Source: Flavobacteriaceae bacterium (GTDB lineage Bacteria; Bacteroidota; Bacteroidia; Flavobacteriales; Flavobacteriaceae). From it: DNA of 32,000 bases. The stretch is taken from NCBI GenBank assembly GCA_965224465.1, contig OZ245049.1, positions 1,020,001 through 1,052,000 of the forward strand, written 5' to 3'. This document shows positions 7,387-16,400 of the stretch, one piece after another. Each line of letters begins with the position of its first letter. The stretch's first letter is position 1. The notes beneath the pieces were generated by a model, which was given only the letters and a program-made list of their open reading frames with translations, made no database searches and was not told where the DNA came from. The position numbers and the translations under genes were made by a program.

Positions 7387-8014
7387 ATAACACCCATATA
7401 TCCTCAATAAACTTCCAAAACTTGACGTTATTTCCGTTATGTCTATAATAGTTATGTGTTGTTTTATTGTTAAAAGTATTCAAATTTTTTAAATTTTCAA
7501 GCGGTACACGATTTATTTATTGTTAATTTCTATGGTCTTGGTGTAAATCTCTGTGGTTTTTGGAGAAACAGATCCTAAGCACAATTACAATCCAAAATAC
7601 CCAATATAAATAGTTTAATTCACGTTCTAACGTTGTTAAAAAACAGAACAACTGTAAGATAGAAAAACTCAAAACCGTCTATCTATTTAGCGGAAGAGAC
7701 TCACACCTACTTATTGGTTGCAACGAATAAAAGCATGTACTAATAACCGAACAAAAAAAAATAAACGTAGCCACGTAATGGGAAACGCATTCTTAAACCC
7801 TGCTGACCAATACTTATCCGTATCTAAAAACAGTAAAAACATATCCCACAAAAGAGCGTGAGAGAAAATGACCTAAAAATAGGTGGTACCTATTAAGGTC
7901 TTTGTCGATAGCCTCTTAATAAACTTCGCGCAATCCCCATAGTATCATCTTTTGAGCCGGTATAGTCAACACTATGTTCATGCTGGGTGCTACGCACCGC
8001 ACGAACACTTAGTT
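7387..8014. repeat. Inter-cassette module C (~630 bp)
   Basis: Aligns with modules B, D and E. It carries the C/E-type variant block in the R part and lacks the tcggggt heptamer present in the other copies. Hairpin at 7974-8008. Confidence 0.9.
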
Positions 8015-8026
8015 ATTGGCAGTAGT

Positions 8027-8803
8027 TTAGTTTATTGTAAAGCTTTCGTCTCCAAATTCAAATATTGTTTTAATTCCATTCTTCATAAGTTCTCTAGCTA
8101 AATCAAACGATTGTTTGATAGCCTTAGGTTTAAAGGAAAAATAGACTTCTGCACTTCCATAGAAAACAGTTTTTAAAGCAATTAATCCATCTTTGTCAGG
8201 CTTCATAAATTGGTAAGTAAAAACCTCTCTGTTTTCTCCTTTTATTATTTGATTAAGCGCTTTTTCACTATTAAACATTTTCTTTATTATTTTTACCATT
8301 GACACGAAATCCTTGTCCTCATACTCAAGAAAATCCATTATAACTGCAATATCTCCTTCGAAAGTGTTCTTGAATTCATAGTAATATAATCCATAGGCAA
8401 TATGTTCAAAACAGTCTATTAAACGGTCAAAGTTAGGTTGACCAATTGACGCAATTTTGGTTTTGTTATTACTAGATTTAATAGTTTTAAATTCATGATT
8501 TCTTAGTACTTGATCACTAATAAAAGTTTCGCTTTTCCTTTTTAAAGCTCGAGGAATTTTTGTCGTGTGAAGCATCTGTCCGACGAAGTTATTGTTAATT
8601 AGTCCTGCCAAGGAGAACATCAAAAATTCGTCGTCCGATGATTTTTTAGAATTATGTAAATCACAAGATGGGACTTTTATTAACCCTTTTCTAAAATCTA
8701 TACCTTTGATATCTTTTTTCTCAGGAAATAGACATCTTGGGGGAACGTGTTCTTTTGAAACTGCAAGATTGTCACAGGCATAGCATTTAGATTTTTCTTT
8801 CAT
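8027..8803 (-). CDS. Hypothetical protein with an N-terminal HNH-like zinc-finger nuclease motif
   Basis: The N-terminus reads CYACDN-x7-EHVPPRCLF...VPSCDLHNSKKS, a CxxC...H...CxxHN arrangement as in HNH/His-Me finger nucleases. The remaining ~190 aa are unrecognised. Confidence 0.4.
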   Translation of the reverse strand: MKEKSKCYACDNLAVSKEHVPPRCLFPEKKDIKGIDFRKGLIKVPSCDLHNSKKSSDDEFLMFSLAGLINNNFVGQMLHTTKIPRALKRKSETFISDQVLRNHEFKTIKSSNNKTKIASIGQPNFDRLIDCFEHIAYGLYYYEFKNTFEGDIAVIMDFLEYEDKDFVSMVKIIKKMFNSEKALNQIIKGENREVFTYQFMKPDKDGLIALKTVFYGSAEVYFSFKPKAIKQSFDLARELMKNGIKTIFEFGDESFTIN

Positions 8804-8910
8804 CTTTTTTATTGTATTTCGACTAACGTAGATTTTGTTTTTAAAACATCTTCAAAATTCCGTCTGTTAACTCGTGGAGCTAATCAAATTCTGATACGGG
8901 TAATTACTGC

Positions 8911-9540
8911 CAACACCCGTATATCATCAATAATCTCCTAAAACTTGACGTTATTTCCGTTATGTCTATAATAATTTTGGGGTATGTGTTGTTTTATTGT
9001 TAAAAGTATTCAAATTTTTTAAATTTTCAAGCGTTCCACGATTTTTTTATTGTTAATTTCGATGGTCTTGGTGTAAATCTCTGTGATTTTTGTAGAAACA
9101 GATCATAAGCACAATTACAATCCAAAATACCCAATATAAATAGTTTAATTCACGTTCTAACGTTGTTAAAAACAGACCGATTGTTAAATAGGGAAACTCA
9201 AAACAGCCTATCTGTTTAGCGGAAGAGAACCTCCTGCCTATTGGTTGCAACCAATAAAAGCATGTACTAACTAACCGAACAAAAAAATAAACGTAACCAC
9301 GTAATGGGAAACGCATTCTTAAACCCTGCTCACCAATACTTATCCGTATCTAAAAACGGTGCAAACCAATTCCTACAAAAGAGCGTGAGAGCAAACAACC
9401 TAAAAACAGGTGGTATCTATTAAGGTCTTTGTCGATAGCCTCTTAATTAATTACACGCATCCCCATAGTAACAGATTTTGAACCAGTATAGTCAACACTG
9501 TGTTCATGCTGGGCGCTGCGCACCTCACGAACACTTAGTT
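8911..9540. repeat. Inter-cassette module D (~630 bp)
   Basis: Aligns with modules B, C and E. Perfect palindrome tattggttgcaaccaata at 9239-9256. Hairpin at 9500-9534 with changes in the loop, the bulge and the closing pair. Confidence 0.9.
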
Positions 9541-9551
9541 GTTACCACCAA

Positions 9552-11090
9552 TTATTCTTTTTTGAATACTGCTAAATGTTCAAGCATAGATACATTACTA
9601 CCTTTCTTTTTAATTGTTTCAAATATTTTTATTCCACTTGGCAAAGGTTTAAAAAACTCACTTCGATTTGCTTTCAGGCATTTTATAAGTGGAGATTTAA
9701 ATTTTTTCGGAAACGTAATTGTAAAAAGTTCATTGGATTTAATGAAATAAATTAACCAGATTAAGTCATATTGATTGTCTTCAATATTCTTCATTTTCTC
9801 ATTGAATATATTCTCAATTGCATTTTCAATTTTAGTCATTACTGACTTGTTTTTAGAATATTTGTCAACTATTTTTTCAATTATGGCAAGAATTTGAGGG
9901 AATGATTTATATCTGCGTTCTTTCAATAAGAGTAAAAGACTTATTGCTTTCATCAAATTCTTTTCATTAAAATCTAACTTCAAGTTGAAAGTGTTTGAAG
10001 AAAGTTCACTTAAAAATCGGTCAACAACACCAGTTCCTTTATGTTGCTTATCTACTTTTAAAGTTCCTCTCAATGATTTTTCAAATCTATTATAAGAGAT
10101 TTTGTTCTTATAGCGTAATGAAAATTGTTGGTAATCAGCAGTCCACTCTCTGAATAAACCTTCAGGTAATTCACTTACTATTGACTTGTCATCATTTAGT
10201 GACAAATTGAAGTCTTTTAATTTCTTTTGAAGTATTCGTATTATTTTATTTGCGTCTTCTTTTGATTGACAAAGAATTCTATAATCATCTTTAAATCGAA
10301 CTGCTAAAAAATCAATATTTAGTTTATCTATCTCTTTTGAACTTTCTGTATCAACTGCTGTTAAAATTATTTCTGCAATTAAATCCGAAATTGCAGGACC
10401 AATAGGAATTCCATTAGTACAACCATCATTTGCGTATTGTATTAATTTATCCAGTTTTAACCCTAAAAATTTATCGTATGCACTTCTATTTCCACTTGTT
10501 CTAATAACTTTTTTTGTGTGAATTGCCCAAGCAATACTATGCGTGTAAATAGAGGGGTAAAAGTTCTTTATGTCTGTTTTCAGAATGAATTTGTAATTAA
10601 ATGCTTCTGCTACTAAATCATTTTCAGCCATTTCCAAAAACTCATAAATCATTCTTCCTGCTCTTAAATGACCTAATTCTCCTTCATTTTTTTTTGTAAC
10701 TGGAATAGGAAAACTGTAACAATAAATTTTATTTTTTGAGTTAAATAAATGGTCTATTATTAAATCCCATTCGTTCATTAAGTACCAAACTATATCGTGA
10801 TATATTTTTGGTTCAATAATACCAAATGTCCTATCTGTTAACTGTGTCTTAGGAAATGAGACATTTATTAATTCACTTTTTACAACTTCAAATTTCGGAT
10901 TTACTCCCGTAGTATCAACTTCAATGTATGGAGTTGGATTTAAGTCAAATTTTGAGACATTAAATGTTGGAGGAACGATATATTGCTCTGGAAAATAGCC
11001 TTCCTCTAATAACCATTTTGCAACTTTTTCAGTAGGAACACCTTTTAAAAGTTTTTTTGTTTCAAAGAAATGTTTTCTGGGTAGTTGCAT
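9552..11090 (-). CDS. Reverse transcriptase, stand-alone, UG/Abi-like (defence-type) candidate
   Basis: 512-aa ORF with LKTDIKNFYPSIYTHSI (motif 3), NGIPIGPAISDLIAEIIL (motif 4) and AVRFKDDYRILC (xxDD catalytic motif), followed by a ~200-aa helical C-terminal extension. It is not similar to the RT at 113..1999. Confidence 0.8.
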   Translation of the reverse strand: MQLPRKHFFETKKLLKGVPTEKVAKWLLEEGYFPEQYIVPPTFNVSKFDLNPTPYIEVDTTGVNPKFEVVKSELINVSFPKTQLTDRTFGIIEPKIYHDIVWYLMNEWDLIIDHLFNSKNKIYCYSFPIPVTKKNEGELGHLRAGRMIYEFLEMAENDLVAEAFNYKFILKTDIKNFYPSIYTHSIAWAIHTKKVIRTSGNRSAYDKFLGLKLDKLIQYANDGCTNGIPIGPAISDLIAEIILTAVDTESSKEIDKLNIDFLAVRFKDDYRILCQSKEDANKIIRILQKKLKDFNLSLNDDKSIVSELPEGLFREWTADYQQFSLRYKNKISYNRFEKSLRGTLKVDKQHKGTGVVDRFLSELSSNTFNLKLDFNEKNLMKAISLLLLLKERRYKSFPQILAIIEKIVDKYSKNKSVMTKIENAIENIFNEKMKNIEDNQYDLIWLIYFIKSNELFTITFPKKFKSPLIKCLKANRSEFFKPLPSGIKIFETIKKKGSNVSMLEHLAVFKKE

Positions 11091-11106
11091 ATTTTTTCTA
11101 ATTAGT

Positions 11107-11753
11107 GATAACGTTACTGACTATGTATACTCCATATATCATCAATAAACTCCTAAAACTTGGCGTTATTTCCTTTATGTCTATAATAGTTTCGGGGTTT
11201 GTGTTTTTTTATTGTTAAAAGTATTCAAATTTTTTAAATTTTCAAGCGTTCCACGATTTTTTTATTGTTAATTTCGATGGTCTTGGTGTAAATCTCTGTG
11301 ATTTTTGTAGAAACAGATCCTAAGCACAATTACAATCCAAAATACCCAATATAAATAGTTTAATTCACGTTCTAACGTTGTTAAAAAACAGAACGACTGT
11401 AAGACAGGAAAACTCAAAACTGTTTATCTGTTTAGCGGAAGAGGACCTCCTGCCTATTGGTTACAACCAATAAAAGCATGTACTAATAACCGAACAAAAA
11501 AAACGTAGCCACGTAATGGGAAACGCATTCTTAAACCCTGCTGACCAATACTTATCCGTATCTAAAAACGGCACAAACCAATTCCTACGAAAGAGCGTGA
11601 GAGCAAATGACCTAAAAACAGGTAGTATTTATTAAGTTCTTTGTCTATAGCCTCTTAATTAATTACACGCAATCCCCATAGTATCATCTTTTGAGCCGGT
11701 ATAGTCAACACTATGTTCATGCTGGGCGCTACGCACCGCACGAACACTTAGTT
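11107..11753. repeat. Inter-cassette module E (~630 bp)
   Basis: Aligns with modules B-D. The conserved core starts about 11128, and gataac at 11107-11112 is a possible junction. Hairpin at 11713-11747. Confidence 0.9.
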
Positions 11754-11765
11754 ATTGGCAACTGG

Positions 11766-12338
11766 CTATTTTTCACAATTTCTAATTATTGATTTCATCT
11801 TTTTCTCTAACATTTTCCATTCGTTAGAATCCCAATCTTTTAATTTTAAATTATCAAAATATTTTTCTACAGCAGTTTTTAAATCATCTCTAAAATGATT
11901 AGCATCAATAATTTTTTCAGCACGATATAGTTTCCTTTTTTTATCTCTTCTGATTTTCCAACCTCCAGATGTTTCTCCTTGGTGTAAAATACCACATCTA
12001 ATATTTTTATAAAACTCAGTTGGAGTATCATTTCCAGTAAATTCTGAAAACTCAGAAACTCTATTGAAAAATTTGCAAAAAGTATCTGACCCATTTGGAG
12101 TTTTATTCCAGCCACGATAAAAGGATTCAAAAGTTTCAATTAGCAGACAACAATTCGCTAAAATATTAAACCCACTTTTATTTTCTTTTTGTTCTCCTGG
12201 TAAAATATACCTTTGAATTAATCTTCGTTTAATTGATTCGGCTATCTCAACTTTATCAGACTCATTTCTGCTATCAATATTTTTCAGATAGTTACTGATT
12301 CTATATTCTGGGTTTTGGGCTAAAATTAAATCATTCAT
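11766..12338 (-). CDS. Hypothetical protein with an Rx4H (HEPN-like) motif
   Basis: 190-aa ORF, the first cassette of the array. It contains NIRCGILHQGE, which fits the minimal HEPN Rx4-6H pattern. This is weak evidence on its own. Confidence 0.5.
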   Translation of the reverse strand: MNDLILAQNPEYRISNYLKNIDSRNESDKVEIAESIKRRLIQRYILPGEQKENKSGFNILANCCLLIETFESFYRGWNKTPNGSDTFCKFFNRVSEFSEFTGNDTPTEFYKNIRCGILHQGETSGGWKIRRDKKRKLYRAEKIIDANHFRDDLKTAVEKYFDNLKLKDWDSNEWKMLEKKMKSIIRNCEK

Positions 12339-12373
12339 TTTATAGAATAGGTTTTTTTGAATCGTGCTTGCTA

Positions 12374-12705
12374 CTAACCCCCATATATCATCAATAAACT
12401 TCCAAAACTTGACGTTATTTCCGTTATGTGGCTATAATAGTTTCGGGGTATATGTTATTTTATTGTTAAAAGTATTCAAAATTTTTAAATTCTCAAGCGG
12501 TCCAACGATTTTTTTATTGTTAATTTCGAAGGTCTTGATGTAAATCTCTGTGGTTTTTGGATAAGCATGGTCTAAAAGAGATAAATAGTTGTGTTTTACA
12601 TTCTAACGTAGTTAAAAAACAGAACGATAACAAAAACTATCCATCAATTTTTTACCTAGCTATAATTCCATTTCTAAACCATCACTTGGAAATGTATTTA
12701 GTATT
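12374..12705. repeat. Truncated module F (L part and middle only) running into a full-length MITE-like copy
   Basis: 12374-12560 aligns with the L and middle parts of modules B-E. The sequence then continues through the complete MITE tail tttctaaaccatcacttggaaatgtatttagtatt (12671-12705) instead of the R part. Confidence 0.8.
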
Positions 12706-12807
12706 GGTACATGCTAGGCAATTTCCAACATCAGTTCCTCAAAAAAACCTACATAGTTAAACAAGTCACAAAAAACGCCCAAGCACCTCCGTTATAAAAA
12801 TATACCT

Positions 12808-12815
12808 TACATTTG
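12808..12815 (+). promoter_or_regulatory. Candidate Bacteroidota -7 box (TAnnTTTG)
   Basis: TACATTTG ends 7 nt upstream of the ATG at 12822, which would imply a leaderless or very short-leader transcript. Confidence 0.35.
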
Positions 12816-12821
12816 TAGCGC

Positions 12822-13310
12822 ATGAAAATTAATAAAATAGCCATATCGCTTTTATTACTCTTTACCTATACTTTTGGGTTTGCACATAGTGTTATTCCAC
12901 ACTTAGAAGGAGGGCATACTAATTTGCATTCTTCAAACAATAAAATTACAATCCAAAGTCATGTACATCATCAGCATACTCCTGATGAAATAAAAGACAG
13001 CAATCACGAGCATTTATCGCATAATAACCACTTTGACACCAATATAACCGACTATGTATTGTGCGTGTTAAAAACGATGGAACACAAGGATGCCAATTGC
13101 AATGTACAGCAATACATTCCTTTTAAACGCTCTGACAAAAACCTTGGAAATTTAAACAAAACGGCTCTTACAGCCTTATTACATATTATTTTTACAGGTA
13201 TTGAACTGCCTATAAAAAGCATCACTCAGTACTCTAATAATGTACTACTATTCAAGACACCACCTTTATTAAATTCTCCAAACAGAGGCCCTCCTACTGC
13301 AACTTGTTAA
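12822..13310 (+). CDS. His-rich secreted small protein (possible metal-binding accessory of the efflux operon)
   Basis: Signal-peptide-like N-terminus MKINKIAISLLLLFTYTFGFA, then many His residues (HSVIPHLEGGH, HVHHQHTPDE, NHEHLSHNNH). It lies directly upstream of the czcA-like gene. Confidence 0.55.
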   Translation: MKINKIAISLLLLFTYTFGFAHSVIPHLEGGHTNLHSSNNKITIQSHVHHQHTPDEIKDSNHEHLSHNNHFDTNITDYVLCVLKTMEHKDANCNVQQYIPFKRSDKNLGNLNKTALTALLHIIFTGIELPIKSITQYSNNVLLFKTPPLLNSPNRGPPTATC

Positions 13311-13408
13311 TATATAAAAACATCTTTATTGATGTAACAATTATTGTTTGTAAAAAATGATCTTCATTTATTTACAGACTATTCTTTCATTTATCAAGTT
13401 AAAAAAAT

Positions 13409-16400
13409 ATGATTAATAAAATAATCTCATTTTCAATACACAACAAGCTTATCATTGGAATTATGATGATTGCTTGGATTGGAGTCGGTATTTTCTCCAT
13501 GAATCAAGTCCCGGTAGATGCCGTTCCAGACATCACCAATAATCAAGTACAAGTAATTACTACCTCTCCTAACTTAGGCACCGAGGACATTGAGCAATTT
13601 GTTACCTACCCTGTAGAATTGGCGATGGCTAATTTACCTGGGGTTACAGAAATTCGTTCTATTTCCCGTTTTGGATTGTCTGTTGTTACGATCGTTTTTG
13701 AAGACGATATGGGCACCTATTTACCCAGACAATTAGTCTCAGAAAAACTAGGAGTCGTAAAAGACCAAATTCCCGAAAAATTCGGAGCTCCTTTTATGGG
13801 ACCTATCAGTACAGGTCTGGGGGAAATATACCAATACACCCTAGATGTAGCACCCGAATTCTCTGAAAAATACACAGATACCGACTTACGAACTTACCAA
13901 GACTGGATTGTAAAACGTCAAATGGCCATGTTAAAAGGCGTGGTAGAAGTAAATAGTTTTGGAGGACGTGTAAAACAATACGAAGTTGCTCTAGACCCCA
14001 ACCGTCTAAAAAGCATGAATGTGACCATTGCTGAAATTTTTACAGCTTTAGAAACAAACAACGAAAATACAGGAGGCGCATATATAGTAAAAAACCACAA
14101 GGCTAATTTTATTCGAGGAGAAGGCTTGGCACGTTCTATTGAAGACATCAATATGATTGTGGTAAAAACGCAAAATCAAGTTCCTATTCTCATAAAAGAT
14201 GTTGCTGAGGTTCGTATCGGAAATGCAGTACGTTTCGGTTCCTTTACAAAAAACGGAAAAGGAGATGCCGTTGGCGGAATGATATTAATGCTCAAGGGCG
14301 AAAATTCTAACGATGTAATTGCACGTGTTAAAGAACGTATTATCAGTATAGAAAAATCATTACCAGAGGGGATCACTATCAAACCATTTATAGACCGTGC
14401 AGATCTAATTGCCAGAACCACCAGTACTGTTCGTAATAATTTACTGGAAGGTGGATTGATTGTGATTTTTGTATTGGTATTATTTTTAGGAAACTTTAGA
14501 GGAGGATTAATCGTAGCATCTACCATCCCTCTCTCCCTCCTATTTGCCTATATAATGATGAATATATTTGGCGTTTGGTCTAATTTAATGAGTCTTGGAG
14601 CTATTGATTTTGGGATTATAGTAGACGGTGCCGTAATTATTGTAGAAAGTATTGTCTTTTACACGGTGATGCATGTACAAAACACAAAAAAGAAAGTCTT
14701 GTCTCAAGATGATTTAGATGCTATTTCTTATAAATCTTCTAGTAAGATGATGAATGCAGCATTTTTCGGACAATTAATCATCCTTATTGTTTTCCTTCCT
14801 ATTCTTACCCTCCAAGGTGTAGAAGGGAAGATGTTTACCCCCATGGCTATGACCTTTAGTTTTGCGGTTATTGGAGCTATGATTTTATGTTTGACCTATG
14901 TTCCCATGGTTGCAGCTTTATTTATGAGTAAAAAACCATCTGAAAAAAAATTATGGGGAGATAAATTCATCATTTGGTTGAGTAAAAAATACCAGCCACT
15001 ATTAATTGCTGCCTTGAACAAAAAGAAACTAATCCTAGGGATATCTGTTGGACTGTTGATCGCAGCATCCATCACTTTTTCATCGATGGGAGGAGAATTT
15101 ATTCCTAAATTAGACGAAGGAGATATTGCCATGCAAGCCTTATTAAAACCAGGAAGTTCCTTAGAAGAAACAGAAAAAGTATCCACATTAATAGAAAGCA
15201 TCATTTTAAAAAACTTCCCAGAAGTTACAGAGGTTTGCTCTAGAATTGGAGTCGCCGAATTACCTACAGACCCAATGCCAATGGACATTGCAGATATGTT
15301 TGTGATGTTAAAACCAATGGACCAGTGGGTATCTGCAAGTAGCAAACCAGCATTGATAGAGAAAATAAAAGAGAAACTAGCTGTAATACCAGGAGTTAAC
15401 TACGAATTCTCGCAACCCTTAGAACTTCGTTTTAATGAATTGATGACGGGAGTACGACAAGATGTAGCCATCAAATTATTTGGAGAAGACTTAGATATAT
15501 TGGCAACTTATGCGGAGAAAATGGCTCAAATTATTGGCAAAGTAGAAGGCGTTGCAGACATGAAAGTGGAGGCCACAAAGGGACTTCCTCAAATGACAGT
15601 AAAATACGAACGCCAAAAACTAGCGCAATACGGATTGAATGTTCAATATTTGAATACCATTATTAGAACAGCTTTTAGTGGTGAAACAGCTGGACTTATT
15701 TTTGAAGGAGAAAAACGTTTTGACTTGGTGGTCCGATTAAAAAAGGAACACAAACAAAGCATGAACGATTTAAAAAACATGTATGTAGATTTACCCAATG
15801 GAAATCAAATCCCAATTAAGGAAGTAGCACAGATAAGTTATGAATCTGGCCCCATGCAAATTTCTAGAGAAGGCACCAACAGAAGAACGTATGTAGGTAT
15901 TAATGTAAGAGGAAGAGATGTAGAATCGGTAGTAAATGAAATTCAAACAGCATTGGATGCTAAATTAGATTTACCTCCGGGATATTACATTAAATACGGT
16001 GGGACTTTCGAAAATTTAGAACGCGCTAAATCAAGATTAGTCATTGTAGTTCCAATCGCTTTGATCCTTATTTTTGTATTGTTGTTTTTCGCCTTAAAAT
16101 CCTTCAGTCAATCCATTATGATTTATGCTGCCATTCCTTTATCGGCTATTGGTGGAGTTTTTGCACTGTGGATGCGAGACATGCCTTTTAGCATCTCGGC
16201 AGGAATTGGATTTATTGTACTCTTTGGAGTAGCCGTTCTCAATGGTTTGGTACTTATTACGAGTATGAACGATTTAAAACAAGAAGGATTGGGCTTAAGA
16301 GAACGTATTATAAAAGGGACAAAAGAGCGTATTAGACCCATATTCTTAACCGCTTCTACAGACATTCTAGGTTTTTTACCCATGGCGATTTCTAGCTCTG

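Noticed and set aside
9053-9316. 87-aa minus-strand ORF inside module D (likewise 12557..12760 and 26312..26527 inside repeat DNA)
   Set aside because: It is open in only one copy of the repeat, because the equivalent frames in the other modules are interrupted. It is low-complexity, repeat-derived sequence.
113-12338. Diversity-generating retroelement (RT plus template/variable repeats)
   Set aside because: Differences between repeat copies are not adenine-specific, the repeats are non-coding rather than embedded in a target gene C-terminus, and no Avd-like accessory gene is apparent.
3121-12705. Regularly spaced repeats that could suggest a CRISPR array
   Set aside because: The repeat units are ~630 bp and the 'spacers' are 0.5-1.6-kb protein-coding cassettes. 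There are no 25-40-bp direct repeats and no cas genes.
1-12820. Canonical integron (intI, attI, Pc, attC)
   Set aside because: No integrase-like ORF lies at either visible end: the 5' side of the array abuts a His-rich ORF and the czc operon. The main repeats are far longer than attC sites. I keep only the weaker 'integron-like' description.
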